From the NCBI GenBank assembly GCA_964428495.1, contig CAYRXY010000003.1, forward strand, positions 9,588 to 73,587: a DNA stretch of 64,000 nucleotides, in the 5' to 3' direction. Numbering within the stretch: position 1 is the first letter of the stretch; every line of letters starts with the position of its first letter. Below, piece by piece: positions 27,868-37,829 of the stretch. The notes under the pieces are model-generated. The model saw only the letters and a program-made list of their open reading frames with translations. It was not told the origin of the DNA and made no database searches. Both the position numbers and the translations under genes were made by a program. This DNA comes from an uncultured archaeon. Its GTDB lineage: Archaea; Aenigmatarchaeota; Aenigmatarchaeia; GW2011-AR5; JAHLMP01.

Positions 27868-28373
27868 AAATTTTTATATCGGGAATGCCCAGAGTTGGTA
27901 AGAGTACGTTAGTTAGAAGATTGGTAGAAGAATTCAAGGATAAAAAGATCTGTGGATTTTTTACACCAGAAATAATTGAAAATGGTAAAAGAGTTGGATT
28001 TTTTATAGAAAATATTTCTACCGGTAGTAAAAAGGTTTTTGCGCATGTTTCCCTTAATGGAGTTAAATTTGGAAAATACAAAATTGATGTAAAAGTCCTA
28101 AACGAGATTCTTAAGAACACAGAAGAGTGTCTGGAAGGCGCAGACATAATCTTCATAGATGAAATAGGTAAGATGGAATTTTTTAGTGAAAAATTCCGGA
28201 TGTTTTTGAATAAAATTCTTGAGACAAAAATATCTGTCGTAGCTACAGTTCATAGAGCGTTAACAAATGAGGTCAGAGGTAAAGGGAAACTTATCTGGCT
28301 GACTCGAGAAAAACGAGATGAAAAATTTGAAGAAATAAAAAATTACTTAAAAAATTCATCTATCACTTCTTGA
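27864..28373 (+). CDS. THEP1-family nucleoside-triphosphatase
   Basis: MKIFISGMPRVGKSTLVRRL (Walker A) and IIFIDEIGKMEFFSEKF, as in Aquifex THEP1 and COG1618 proteins. ATGA overlap with the methyltransferase. Confidence 0.7.
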   Translation: MKIFISGMPRVGKSTLVRRLVEEFKDKKICGFFTPEIIENGKRVGFFIENISTGSKKVFAHVSLNGVKFGKYKIDVKVLNEILKNTEECLEGADIIFIDEIGKMEFFSEKFRMFLNKILETKISVVATVHRALTNEVRGKGKLIWLTREKRDEKFEEIKNYLKNSSITS

Positions 28374-28984
28374 ATTCTGTCAGAAATTCTTTCCGCAACT
28401 TTTAAGGCATCATCACTTGCTTCTATATACTCCATATTAAATTCTCGAATAAGTTCTGTCGGAAGATTATAATATATTTCACACTGCTTTCTTATGTGTT
28501 GTTCAACTTCGAATCTATCAAATCCTCTTTTTTCCAGTCGCATCCTCTCCAACAGCTCGTTCTGACTAACCTTTAGAATCAATGTCAAATGAGGACGAGT
28601 TCTGCAATATTTGTTTATTTCTTTTATCCATAAAATGTCGGTTTTTCCGATCAAACTTTGATATATATATGTCGAGAGTAGAGACCGTTCTAAAATCATT
28701 ATAATTTTTTTATCAGATTCTTCTAAAGGTTTTATGACATTTATATAATGGTGCAGATGATCTAGAGCATAGACAAGTGCGTATTCCTCCGCTGTAATTT
28801 TGTCTTTAGAATTTCTTAAAATCTTTGTAAAACTACCTGTTATTAGCTCACTTGGAACTGAAGTTCTCTTGAAAATAATATCTCGACCTTTATTTTTTCT
28901 TCGTAAAAATTCTACAACAAGATTTGCTATTGTACTTTTTCCTGAGAAATCTGGACCATCAATACTTATAACCAAAAGACTCAT
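28343..28984 (-). CDS. Thymidylate-kinase-like P-loop nucleotide kinase
   Basis: ISIDGPDFSGKSTIANLV P-loop in a 213-aa NMP-kinase-like protein. Confidence 0.6.
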   Translation of the reverse strand: MSLLVISIDGPDFSGKSTIANLVVEFLRRKNKGRDIIFKRTSVPSELITGSFTKILRNSKDKITAEEYALVYALDHLHHYINVIKPLEESDKKIIMILERSLLSTYIYQSLIGKTDILWIKEINKYCRTRPHLTLILKVSQNELLERMRLEKRGFDRFEVEQHIRKQCEIYYNLPTELIREFNMEYIEASDDALKVAERISDRIQEVIDEFFK

Positions 28985-29179
28985 GATTAAATTTTGAAAG
29001 AAAAGTTATTTTAAGTTTTTTTCGTCCAAAATTGGTGTTTGAAATATCTTAATACGAAGATTTCGCAAAATTCTTGAAATTCAAAGTATCGATGAGTTCT
29101 ATACCTTGGTATCGTTCATCGCTATTTAGAATGAAGACAATTTAACGGACGAAGATACATAGTTTTCAAGTCCAAAGAA

Positions 29180-31195
29180 TTAAACCTTTCTAACATATCC
29201 TGGTTTTGGTTGAAATATTAATCCATCATTCTTTAATCTATCTAAAACTTCATCAACATCTGTTATTCCTTTCTCTTCCGCAGCAGCTTTAACATCCTCT
29301 ATAGAAACGTTCTTACTATCCATCTCCTTTGCAAGTTCATCTATTATCTCGAGGATTACCCTTATTTTACTTCTCTGGGATGTCGTAATACCACTTTCAA
29401 TTTTATCGATGTCTATCTTTCCAGTTTCCATATCAATTCCTAATTGTTGAAGAGAGAATTTCATAAGTCGTATTGCTCTTTCAGAATCTTCCTTTCTTAC
29501 ATATTTATCTAATCTAACTTTTGCACTAGCTTCAGATAATCTCATTAACGCTTCAAATTGTCTCAGAGTTATAGGAACTGTTGGAGTTCCCTCTCCCGAA
29601 TAATATTTGTTTCTTAAATCTACATAGAATTTCTTCAACATCTCAGCCGCCTCTTCAGTCATCTTTATATCTGTACATGTCTTTCTTGCATAAACAATAT
29701 ACTTTCGTAGAAAGTGTAGATCGAGAGGTGGTTTGAGTGTTTCAGGCTTTATTCTACTTCTTGTTACATGATCCACAAGTTCCTGATCTCTTTTAGCATC
29801 TGGGATATCCTTTAGGGCAAACTTCAAGTCAAATCTTGTCAAAAGTGTTTCTGGAATTTGAATTTGCTTAAGGATGGGGACAAAGGTATCAAATCTTCCA
29901 AGCTTAGGATTTGCAGCGGCAAGAATAGCAGTTCTTGCTGGTAGTGACGCTACGATATTTGCCTTAGCAACGCTTACTGTTTCCAAACTCATTGCCTCAT
30001 GCATTGCAACCTGATCATCTTTGCTCATCTTGTCAAATTCGTCTATAGCGAGTATTGAGTTGTTTGATAGGATCAATGCCCCAGCCTCCAAAACCCAGGA
30101 ACCCATCATTTCGTTTTTTACAACAGTAGTCGTTAGTCCGGCACCTGTAACTCCCTTACCGCTTACATATCTTCCACGCGGTAAAGCCTTTACAGCCAAC
30201 GAAATTAGCTGCGATTTTGCAGTAGAAGGATCACCAGTGATTAGAATGTGTATATTTCCCCTTATATGAGTACCATCCTCATATTCTCTTCTTACACCAC
30301 CAAAGAGCTGAAGAAGAATTGCTTCCTTGATCTCATCATGACCATAAATTCCAGGAGCTATGGAATCTATAAGCTTTTTGTAAATGTTTGGATCCTTTGC
30401 AAGCTCCATTATCCTTTCCTTGTCTTCATCTGTAATCTTTATCTCTTCGAATGATTCTTCTCTTGGCTCAGCATAATTTGCTTCAAAATATATATCTGGC
30501 CTCGTTGAGAGTTTTCCACCAATCTTTTTTGGAATCTCCTTTAAAATACCCACAATTCGAAGTTCATTACCTGGATCTGTTCTTCTTTGAAATCCAGGAC
30601 TTGTTAAATCCTCTTTTAGAAGTACATTTATCTTCTCAGGAGGTTCACCTTGAGTTATCTCAAATGGTTCATTGATCGTTATCCATCGAGTATCATACAT
30701 TCTTTTCTCTATAAGTTTGAAAATACCTCGACGACCACACTCAGGACAAATTATGGGCTGCTTTAAAACATTACCATCCTGATCTACAATTATTTTAGCT
30801 TTACATTCAGGACATCGAAAAACAGCTTCGTATATTTGAGGTCTTATCTCACTCGCTGCCCTGACGACTCCTTCAATCTCAACAAGCTTACCTATGTGTT
30901 CTGCTCTCAATCGTCTTATTCTTATTTTTCTATGCTTAGGTAAGTTCCTAACCCTTACATTTATTTTTTCATGCTCGGGTAGCTCTATTCTATCTATAGC
31001 ATTTTGAAATATTTTTAAGACCATCTCTGGTTGGTCAAGAAGCATTTCTGAAAGGATTGGGTCGAACCTATCAAGGCGCACAAAATCTATAACAACCGCA
31101 CCCGTCTGACAAGCCTCTATCAAAGCCTTCATATCACTACGCAAAAACTCTTCAGCCTTTTCTTCGAGTAGAATATTCTCCCGATTCTCTTCCAT
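29180..31195 (-). CDS. mcm: MCM replicative helicase
   Basis: Zn finger CPECKAKIIVD...CPECG, Walker A ILITGDPSTAKSQL, Walker B LAIDEFDKM, and an arginine finger in SLETVSVAK...LAAANP. Confidence 0.95.
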   Translation of the reverse strand: MEENRENILLEEKAEEFLRSDMKALIEACQTGAVVIDFVRLDRFDPILSEMLLDQPEMVLKIFQNAIDRIELPEHEKINVRVRNLPKHRKIRIRRLRAEHIGKLVEIEGVVRAASEIRPQIYEAVFRCPECKAKIIVDQDGNVLKQPIICPECGRRGIFKLIEKRMYDTRWITINEPFEITQGEPPEKINVLLKEDLTSPGFQRRTDPGNELRIVGILKEIPKKIGGKLSTRPDIYFEANYAEPREESFEEIKITDEDKERIMELAKDPNIYKKLIDSIAPGIYGHDEIKEAILLQLFGGVRREYEDGTHIRGNIHILITGDPSTAKSQLISLAVKALPRGRYVSGKGVTGAGLTTTVVKNEMMGSWVLEAGALILSNNSILAIDEFDKMSKDDQVAMHEAMSLETVSVAKANIVASLPARTAILAAANPKLGRFDTFVPILKQIQIPETLLTRFDLKFALKDIPDAKRDQELVDHVTRSRIKPETLKPPLDLHFLRKYIVYARKTCTDIKMTEEAAEMLKKFYVDLRNKYYSGEGTPTVPITLRQFEALMRLSEASAKVRLDKYVRKEDSERAIRLMKFSLQQLGIDMETGKIDIDKIESGITTSQRSKIRVILEIIDELAKEMDSKNVSIEDVKAAAEEKGITDVDEVLDRLKNDGLIFQPKPGYVRKV

Positions 31196-31221
31196 AATTG
31201 TAGTTAGATAGCCAAAGCTTT

Positions 31222-32601
31222 TTAACTTAAGCCAGTTTCCAATGGAGGAAGTGGAACACCATACTCAAAAAGAACACTACTAAACATATCATATATTTTT
31301 TTCATATCTTCTGGTGTTTTCCCCTCGAACCGCGCAATTAAATAAGGTGATGTGTTGGAAGCCCTCAAAAGACCCCATCCGTTCTTAAGCTCCAGACGAA
31401 TACCGTCTATATCGATAATCTTTGCCCCTTGAGCAATACTGAGAATTTCCTTCTTTACATTCTCTATTATTTCAAATTTCTTCTCATCGTCCACTGGAAG
31501 TCTAAGCTCTGGAGTAGAAAAGTAATGAGGAAGTTCATTTACTAAGTCTGAAAGGCTTTTCTGTTGGGAAGTAAGAAACGAAACCAGTCTTATAGCAGCG
31601 TGTGTTCCATCATCTATAGAGTAGAAGTCCTTGAAATATAGATGGCCGGACATTTCACCAGCAAGCAGAATTGCTGGATCTTCCATCATTTTTTTCATTA
31701 TGAAAGAGTGCCCCGTCTTGTACATAATTGGTTCTCCACCATGCTTTCTTATCCATTCTTCCAATAGTCGTGAACATTTGACCTCATAGAGAACCTTTTC
31801 CTTTTTAGATTGAAGAACATCCTCTGATAATATTGCTAGAGCTTGGTCCCCGCGAATGATTCTACCAGTCTCGTCTAAGAAAAATGTCCTGTCACCATCG
31901 CCATCAAATGCAATACCCATATCTGCTTTTTCCTCTTTGATAATCCTTCTAAGTTCCTTTAGGTTTTCCTCTTCTGCCGGATCAGGCCAATGATTAGGAA
32001 ACGATGAATCTGGTTCGTCAAAAAGGAATATTGGTTCAATATTTTCATTTTCAAGTATTTTTTTCATAACAGGACCTACAGTTCCGTTACCAAAGTCGAA
32101 CACAACCTTTAATTTTTTTCGAAAATTTATTTTTTCCTTTATTTCTTTTACGTATTCTAGAACGATATCGTACTTTTCAATGGTCCCTGGAGCTTCAATA
32201 AAATTTTCATTTTCAACAAGTTTTCTAACTTCTTGTATTTCTTCTCCTGCTAGTGCTACGGCATTTCGTCGACATAGTTTGAAACCGTTCCACTCTCCCG
32301 TCAAATGTGACGCTGTGATCATGATTCCTCCACTTGCACCAAGTTTGATTATCGCATAGTACAAGACAGGAGTTGGGACCATTCCTACATCGATAACACG
32401 CACGCCGGAAGAAACTAGACCTTCTATGATCGATTTCTTTATTACAGGAGAACTTTCTCTGTTGTCATGACCAACAACAACTGTTTTTGGCTTCAAAAAC
32501 GTTGCAAACGCCTTACCGATTCGTTCAGCGTCTTGACTATCGAAGTCTTTTCCGTAAATTCCTCGAATATCATATGCACGAAAAATCAGTGGATTCATCA
32601 C
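31222..32601 (-). CDS. Phosphohexomutase (phosphoglucosamine/phosphomannomutase family)
   Basis: GIMITASHLTGEWNGFK is a variant of the TASHNP active-site loop. Metal site FDGDGDR. Sugar-binding GEMSGH. Confidence 0.8.
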   Translation of the reverse strand: MMNPLIFRAYDIRGIYGKDFDSQDAERIGKAFATFLKPKTVVVGHDNRESSPVIKKSIIEGLVSSGVRVIDVGMVPTPVLYYAIIKLGASGGIMITASHLTGEWNGFKLCRRNAVALAGEEIQEVRKLVENENFIEAPGTIEKYDIVLEYVKEIKEKINFRKKLKVVFDFGNGTVGPVMKKILENENIEPIFLFDEPDSSFPNHWPDPAEEENLKELRRIIKEEKADMGIAFDGDGDRTFFLDETGRIIRGDQALAILSEDVLQSKKEKVLYEVKCSRLLEEWIRKHGGEPIMYKTGHSFIMKKMMEDPAILLAGEMSGHLYFKDFYSIDDGTHAAIRLVSFLTSQQKSLSDLVNELPHYFSTPELRLPVDDEKKFEIIENVKKEILSIAQGAKIIDIDGIRLELKNGWGLLRASNTSPYLIARFEGKTPEDMKKIYDMFSSVLFEYGVPLPPLETGLS

Positions 32602-32659
32602 ATCACTTAATTTTGTTTTAGGAATAATGATTTAATAATTTTCTTTCGAACTTTATTTC

Positions 32660-33391
32660 ATGTTATACCTAATAAGCATCGGTCTAAACTCGGAAGAGGA
32701 TATGAGCTTAAAGGCATTAGAAGCAGCTAAAAAATGTGATGTGCTGCTGTGGGAAAATTATACCACACGGTTGGACACCACTGCTGAAAAGCTCAACAAG
32801 TTGATAGGGCATGAGGTTAAGGAAGTGGATAGGAGTGATATTGAAGATAGAATGGATGAAATCATTAAGCAAGCGAAGGAAAAGAATGTAGGCATTCTGG
32901 TTGGTGGAGATGCTCTGACCGCGACGACGCACATTTCCCTAGTATTAGAAGCGAAAAAACAGAACATTGCTGTTAAAATAATTCATAGCTCATCAATTCT
33001 AACGGCAGTAGCCGAGACTGGTCTACAAGTTTACAAGTTTGGGCGCGTGGTCACACTACCCGCTAGCGGTTTTACCGATTCAATAATCGAGATGATTAAA
33101 ATGAACCTATCTAATGGTCTACATTCACTAATTCTTCTTGACATTGATTTATCACCATTATTGGCAGTAAAGATGTTGGTCAAAAACGTAGAAAAGTTAG
33201 GGCTAAATAAAGAAACGAAAATTGTTGTTGCATGCAGGCTTGGTAGTGAGGAAGGTATTATAAGATATGGCACGATCGAGCGTCTCATCAATGACAATGA
33301 CATCGACAAAGTACCAGGCATTCTTATAATTCCTGGTAAACTCCATTTCATGGAGGAGGAGGTGTTAAAATTCTTCAAAAATAGAAGTTAA
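32660..33391 (+). CDS. dphB: Diphthine synthase
   Basis: MLYLISIGLNSEEDMSLKALEAAKKCDVLLWENYT, a tetrapyrrole-methylase fold. 243 aa. Confidence 0.85.
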   Translation: MLYLISIGLNSEEDMSLKALEAAKKCDVLLWENYTTRLDTTAEKLNKLIGHEVKEVDRSDIEDRMDEIIKQAKEKNVGILVGGDALTATTHISLVLEAKKQNIAVKIIHSSSILTAVAETGLQVYKFGRVVTLPASGFTDSIIEMIKMNLSNGLHSLILLDIDLSPLLAVKMLVKNVEKLGLNKETKIVVACRLGSEEGIIRYGTIERLINDNDIDKVPGILIIPGKLHFMEEEVLKFFKNRS

Positions 33392-33420
33392 ATTCTTTTT
33401 AAAAATTCTGGCGCAAACTA

Positions 33421-34515
33421 TTGATTATGAACGCTGACGAGAAAGTAAAGATTGTCGAATCTGTTGCGGAGGAAATCGTGACAAAGGATGAGCTAAGAAA
33501 ACTCTTTGAAGAGAAGAAGCACCCTGTTGCTTACGATGGATTTGAACCAAGTGGTCTTGCTCATCTTCCGTTCGGTGTGTTTCGCCCTCTTATTCTCGAA
33601 AGGTTAATGAAGGCTGGTATTCATTTTAAACTCTATCTCGGTGATTGGTTCGCATGGATCAACAATAAACTTAGTGGCGATCTAGACACCATAAGAAAAT
33701 GTGGTGAATACTTTGTTGAAGTCTGGCACGCGGCTGGTGTTGATTTAAGTAAAGTTGAAATCGTTTGGGCGAGCGATCTGGTAGCAAGGAAAGAATATTG
33801 GCAGCGCGTTTTAACTGTGGCAAAGCACTGCACCATAGCGAGAACTGAACGTGCCTTGACAATCATGGGTAGAAAAAAAGGAGAACTTAAAGAAGTAGCA
33901 CAATACTTTTACCCGATGATGCAAGTTGCGGATATATTCGAGCTGGGAGTTGATATTTGCCAACTTGGTCTAGATCAGCGTCGTGCAAACATGCTTGCCC
34001 GAGATATTGCAGAGAAGTTAAAATGGCGAAAACCAGTTGCGGTAAGCCATCACATGCTTCTCGGTCTCACAGGAATGAAAGAGCCGGAAGGTTTCGATGA
34101 AAACAAAAAAATCGATGCTATGATTGCATCGAAGATGAGCAAATCAAAACCAGAGTCGTCAATATTTGTACATGATAGTGAAGGGGAAATAAGGAAAAAA
34201 ATTAGTAAAGCATACTGTCCCGCAAAACAAGTTGATGGAAATCCAATACTTGAATACACAAAGTACATCATCTTTCCAAAGTTCGATAAGATGAAGATCG
34301 AACGGGATAAAAAGTATGGTGGTAATTTAGAGGTCGAAAGCTATGAAGAGCTTGAGAATTTGTTTAAACGTGGTGAATTACACCCACTTGATCTGAAAAG
34401 TGCTGTTGCATCTTATTTAAATGAAATAATCAAACCGATAAGGGAACACTTCGAGAAAAATAAGAGGGCACGGGAATTGTACGAGATCGTCAAAAAAGCG
34501 AGGATAACAAGATAG
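33421..34515 (+). CDS. tyrS: Tyrosyl-tRNA synthetase
   Basis: GFEPSGLAHL, YPMMQVADIFELGVD, KMSKS and KAYCPAKQVDGNPILEYTKY. Collinear with archaeal TyrRS. Confidence 0.9.
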   Translation: MIMNADEKVKIVESVAEEIVTKDELRKLFEEKKHPVAYDGFEPSGLAHLPFGVFRPLILERLMKAGIHFKLYLGDWFAWINNKLSGDLDTIRKCGEYFVEVWHAAGVDLSKVEIVWASDLVARKEYWQRVLTVAKHCTIARTERALTIMGRKKGELKEVAQYFYPMMQVADIFELGVDICQLGLDQRRANMLARDIAEKLKWRKPVAVSHHMLLGLTGMKEPEGFDENKKIDAMIASKMSKSKPESSIFVHDSEGEIRKKISKAYCPAKQVDGNPILEYTKYIIFPKFDKMKIERDKKYGGNLEVESYEELENLFKRGELHPLDLKSAVASYLNEIIKPIREHFEKNKRARELYEIVKKARITR

Positions 34516-34528
34516 GTGGTGATTAAGA

Positions 34529-35809
34529 ATGATCGATCCAAAGCTGATAAGAGAAAATCCGGAGTTTGTAAAGGAAAATCTAAAGAAGAGACAGGATCCT
34601 CAAGTATTGAAACTTGTAGATGAGTTTCTCGAAGTGGATAAGAAGAAGAGAGAGATTGAAACTAAAATAAACAAACTCAGACACGAAAGGAATGAAGCAT
34701 CGAGAAAAGTAGCAGAGTTAAAAAAGAAGGGAGCTAACGCAACGAAAGAGATAAAGAAAATGGGACAGATCAGTGATGAGATCGAGAAACTTCAAACGAA
34801 GTTAGAAAAATACAAGACCGAACTCGATGAAATCCTTTATAAGATTCCAAACTTGCTTCACGAGACTGTTCCATTCGGTAAAGACGAGCATGATAACGTT
34901 GAAATAAGACGATGGGGTTCTCCTCCGAAATTTGATTTTGAACCAAGGGGCCATCTAGAGTTAGCAATGCAACTTAATCTGCTTGATCGTGATCGTGCAG
35001 CAAAGGTTGCTGGGCATGGATTTTATTATATCAAGGGTAAACTTGTGCTTCTCGATCTAGCGTTGATACGTTTTGCTATAGATGAACTAATAAAAAAGGG
35101 ATACAGCCTCGTTGAACCACCGTTTATGCTAAACGAAAGAGCATACAGAGGTGCTGAGGACTTTGAGTTTCTTCGTGATCAGGCATATAAGATTGAAGGT
35201 GATGATCTATTCTTGATTGGTACTGCAGAGCATCCACTTGCTACCATGTTCATGAACGAGACCTTGCTTAAAGGGCAATTGCCAATGAAGTTTATCGGTG
35301 TTTCACCGTGCTTCCGTCGAGAGGTCGGTTCCCATGGAAAATATACAAAGGGTCTTTACAGAATGCATCACTTTAACAAGATAGAGATGTTCGTAATTTC
35401 GAAACCTGAAGAAAGCTGGCAAATATTCGAACAGGTTCAAGGAGATGCTGAGGAACTTTTTCAGAAACTTGGTCTTCATTATCGTGTTGTTAACGTCTGT
35501 ACTGGCGATATTGGATACAAGGCAGCAAAAAAATATGATATTGAAGCATGGATGGCTGATGGTAAGTTTCGAGAGATTGGTTCGAACTCCAACTGCACGG
35601 ACTATCAAGCAAGAGCTCTGAATATCAAGTATAGGGAAAAAGAAGGGCAAAGACCTGCCGGTTTTGTTCATATGATAAACAACACAGCAATCGCAACGAG
35701 TAGAACGATGATTACAATCATGGAACAATATCAACAGAGAGACGGAACGATAAAGATTCCAAAGGTTTTGTGGAAATATACTGGGTTCAAGAAGATTGAA
35801 AGGCAGTAA
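34529..35809 (+). CDS. serS: Seryl-tRNA synthetase
   Basis: N-terminal coiled-coil arm, then class II motifs FRREVGSHGKYTKGLYRMHHFNKIEMF and GFVHMINNTAIATSR. Confidence 0.95.
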   Translation: MIDPKLIRENPEFVKENLKKRQDPQVLKLVDEFLEVDKKKREIETKINKLRHERNEASRKVAELKKKGANATKEIKKMGQISDEIEKLQTKLEKYKTELDEILYKIPNLLHETVPFGKDEHDNVEIRRWGSPPKFDFEPRGHLELAMQLNLLDRDRAAKVAGHGFYYIKGKLVLLDLALIRFAIDELIKKGYSLVEPPFMLNERAYRGAEDFEFLRDQAYKIEGDDLFLIGTAEHPLATMFMNETLLKGQLPMKFIGVSPCFRREVGSHGKYTKGLYRMHHFNKIEMFVISKPEESWQIFEQVQGDAEELFQKLGLHYRVVNVCTGDIGYKAAKKYDIEAWMADGKFREIGSNSNCTDYQARALNIKYREKEGQRPAGFVHMINNTAIATSRTMITIMEQYQQRDGTIKIPKVLWKYTGFKKIERQ

Positions 35810-35855
35810 TTTACTTATAACGAAATTTTTATTTTTTATTTCATAATTAATTCTC

Positions 35856-36119
35856 ATGATAGATCAAAGACTGAAAGAAGAAACAGAAAAATGGATCGAT
35901 AAGATAGAAAAAGAGTTGGAATCAACAGGTTTCTACGATGAGAAAGGTAAAGAGTTCTTATTGAATATACATGCCTACGTTGACGATTCCAAGTATTGGT
36001 TGGATCGGGGTGATTTGATAAAGGCTTTCGAAGCGATTATATGGGCTTGGGCATGGTATGAGATCTGTCTCAGATTGGAAATTCTAAAAAATATAAATAA
36101 GCCCGAGGAGGAAGAATAA
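35856..36119 (+). CDS. Hypothetical small protein
   Basis: 87 aa. Ends 3 nt before the pilin-like gene, so likely co-transcribed. Confidence 0.3.
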   Translation: MIDQRLKEETEKWIDKIEKELESTGFYDEKGKEFLLNIHAYVDDSKYWLDRGDLIKAFEAIIWAWAWYEICLRLEILKNINKPEEEE

Positions 36120-36121
36120 TT

Positions 36122-36412
36122 ATGAAGGGTTTAAGTTTACCAATAAATGCAATTGTTATAATCGCAATTGGAATAATTGTTCTTCTTGCATTGACCATGT
36201 TTTTCACAAGTCAATTTTCCAATGCATCATCTAGTATGTCTAAAACCGAAGAAATTCAAAGAGCATGTGCTACTTGGAGAATGACCAACTGTGATGATAA
36301 TTATTGGAATAATAAAAATATATTTAACAGTAAAAATATGTCCGCTATTTGTACATCTGCAGGTTATCCGAATGATAAAGCCCTTTGTAAGGATATTTGT
36401 GGTTGTAGCTAA
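36122..36412 (+). CDS. Prepilin-like protein with class III signal peptide and Cys-rich C-terminus (paralog A)
   Basis: MKGLSLPINAIVIIAIGIIVLLAL, with a KG|L cleavage-type motif. C-terminal 50 aa contain 8 Cys (CATWRMTNCDD...CTSAGYPNDKALCKDICGCS). Confidence 0.55.
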   Translation: MKGLSLPINAIVIIAIGIIVLLALTMFFTSQFSNASSSMSKTEEIQRACATWRMTNCDDNYWNNKNIFNSKNMSAICTSAGYPNDKALCKDICGCS

Positions 36413-37447
36413 TCACATTCTATACTTTTTGTAATATGTAGAATCTTCTAATGGTGCTATCCATCTGTCAACGTATCTTTTCTTGTTTTGAATTATGATA
36501 ATTCTCGATTCCTTGTGTTCGTCCATAAGCTCGAAATCCGGAAGGTATTTTAGAAGCTTGTTCATCCACTCGACAACTTCCTTATGGTCTAACATATGAT
36601 CCTCTTTGAGTCTTACCGTTGAATATCCAACATGCATATATGATTTTGCCTCCACAAAGTGTGGATTCGCTCTTTTGATAAGTTCTGCAATAGCCTTTAT
36701 CTCTTCTTCATGAGTATTCATACCTCTTATAAGCGTTATTCTTATCACAGTCCTCGTGTTGGTCTCCTTAATGAAGTTAAGACTCTCCATAATCTTGTTC
36801 CATCCATCTCTCACAACAGGACAGGATATTTTTTCAAAGGTTTTCTTAGTACCAGCATTTAAAGATAGATAAACTTGTGTGGGTAGTGCGTCTTCTCTTT
36901 CAAGTCTCCACAACATTTCTGGCTCTTCTCCATTAGTTACCAAGAATATAGATTTAGTTTCTGGAAGTGATTTTAGATATTTTATGAGCTCAGGAAGCTT
37001 TGGATAAAGTGTCGGCTCACCACTAAGCGAAATTGCAAAGTGAGATGGTTTAAAAGCTTCTTTCAGAATCTCTTTATCCACCTTTTCATTTCCTCCGAAG
37101 CCGGATAAAAGTTTTCTTCTTTCTTCCAGAAGATGGTTTATAATATCTTCGGATTCATCAACCTCATCCGACTTCATCTCTACTTTATTGTAGAATTCAG
37201 TAGGTCTCCAGCAGTATATACACCTATGATGACAGTACATACCAGCTGGAGAGAATTCCATACATCTATGTGTTTCTATACCAAAAAACTTCCTCTTATA
37301 GCAAATTCCTTCACCTTTCAACGCCTTCTTTGTCCAGTGACAAACATCAACAGTGGAATGATTCCAAACACCATACTGAGCATTTCTAAGCTTTTCTTCT
37401 GTCTTCTTATATATCGCCAGCTTTCCGTTTTCCTTATGAATTGTCAT
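36413..37447 (-). CDS. taw1: tRNA 4-demethylwyosine synthase Taw1 (radical SAM)
   Basis: YKRKFFGIETHRCMEFSPAGMYCHHRCIYCWRP contains the radical-SAM CxxxCxxC and a Tyw1-specific upstream Cys. Confidence 0.8.
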   Translation of the reverse strand: MTIHKENGKLAIYKKTEEKLRNAQYGVWNHSTVDVCHWTKKALKGEGICYKRKFFGIETHRCMEFSPAGMYCHHRCIYCWRPTEFYNKVEMKSDEVDESEDIINHLLEERRKLLSGFGGNEKVDKEILKEAFKPSHFAISLSGEPTLYPKLPELIKYLKSLPETKSIFLVTNGEEPEMLWRLEREDALPTQVYLSLNAGTKKTFEKISCPVVRDGWNKIMESLNFIKETNTRTVIRITLIRGMNTHEEEIKAIAELIKRANPHFVEAKSYMHVGYSTVRLKEDHMLDHKEVVEWMNKLLKYLPDFELMDEHKESRIIIIQNKKRYVDRWIAPLEDSTYYKKYRM

Positions 37448-37499
37448 AACTTTTTGTTATTTGTGAAAAAATTTAAACAAGCTAAAATAATCAATAAGT

Positions 37500-37796
37500 A
37501 TGAAAGGTACAAGTCTACCGGTAAATTCTATAGTAATAATAGCATTGGCAGTAATTGTACTTGTTGCGATCGCCGTTTGGTTTTCGTCAGAAATGCTTCA
37601 CGGACAGAAACAGGTTAACGCCGAGCAGGCATGGGTAAGTGCGTGCAATCAATGGAAAGCTACAAACTGTGATGCAGGACATTTTAACAACACATTAACA
37701 GGATTTCCAGGTATTTCTACTATAAAGGAAGCATGTAAAGCTGCAAGAGGATCAGATGATGCTGACCTATGTAAAAAGCTTTGTTGTGGAGAGTAA
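37500..37796 (+). CDS. Prepilin-like protein with class III signal peptide and Cys-rich C-terminus (paralog B)
   Basis: MKGTSLPVNSIVIIALAVIVLVAIAVWF. C-terminus CNQWKATNCDAGHF...CKAARGSDDADLCKKLCCGE. Clear paralog of 36122-36412. Confidence 0.55.
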   Translation: MKGTSLPVNSIVIIALAVIVLVAIAVWFSSEMLHGQKQVNAEQAWVSACNQWKATNCDAGHFNNTLTGFPGISTIKEACKAARGSDDADLCKKLCCGE

Positions 37797-37829
37797 TTTC
37801 TATTTAATTTTTTCTTATCTATTTATTTC

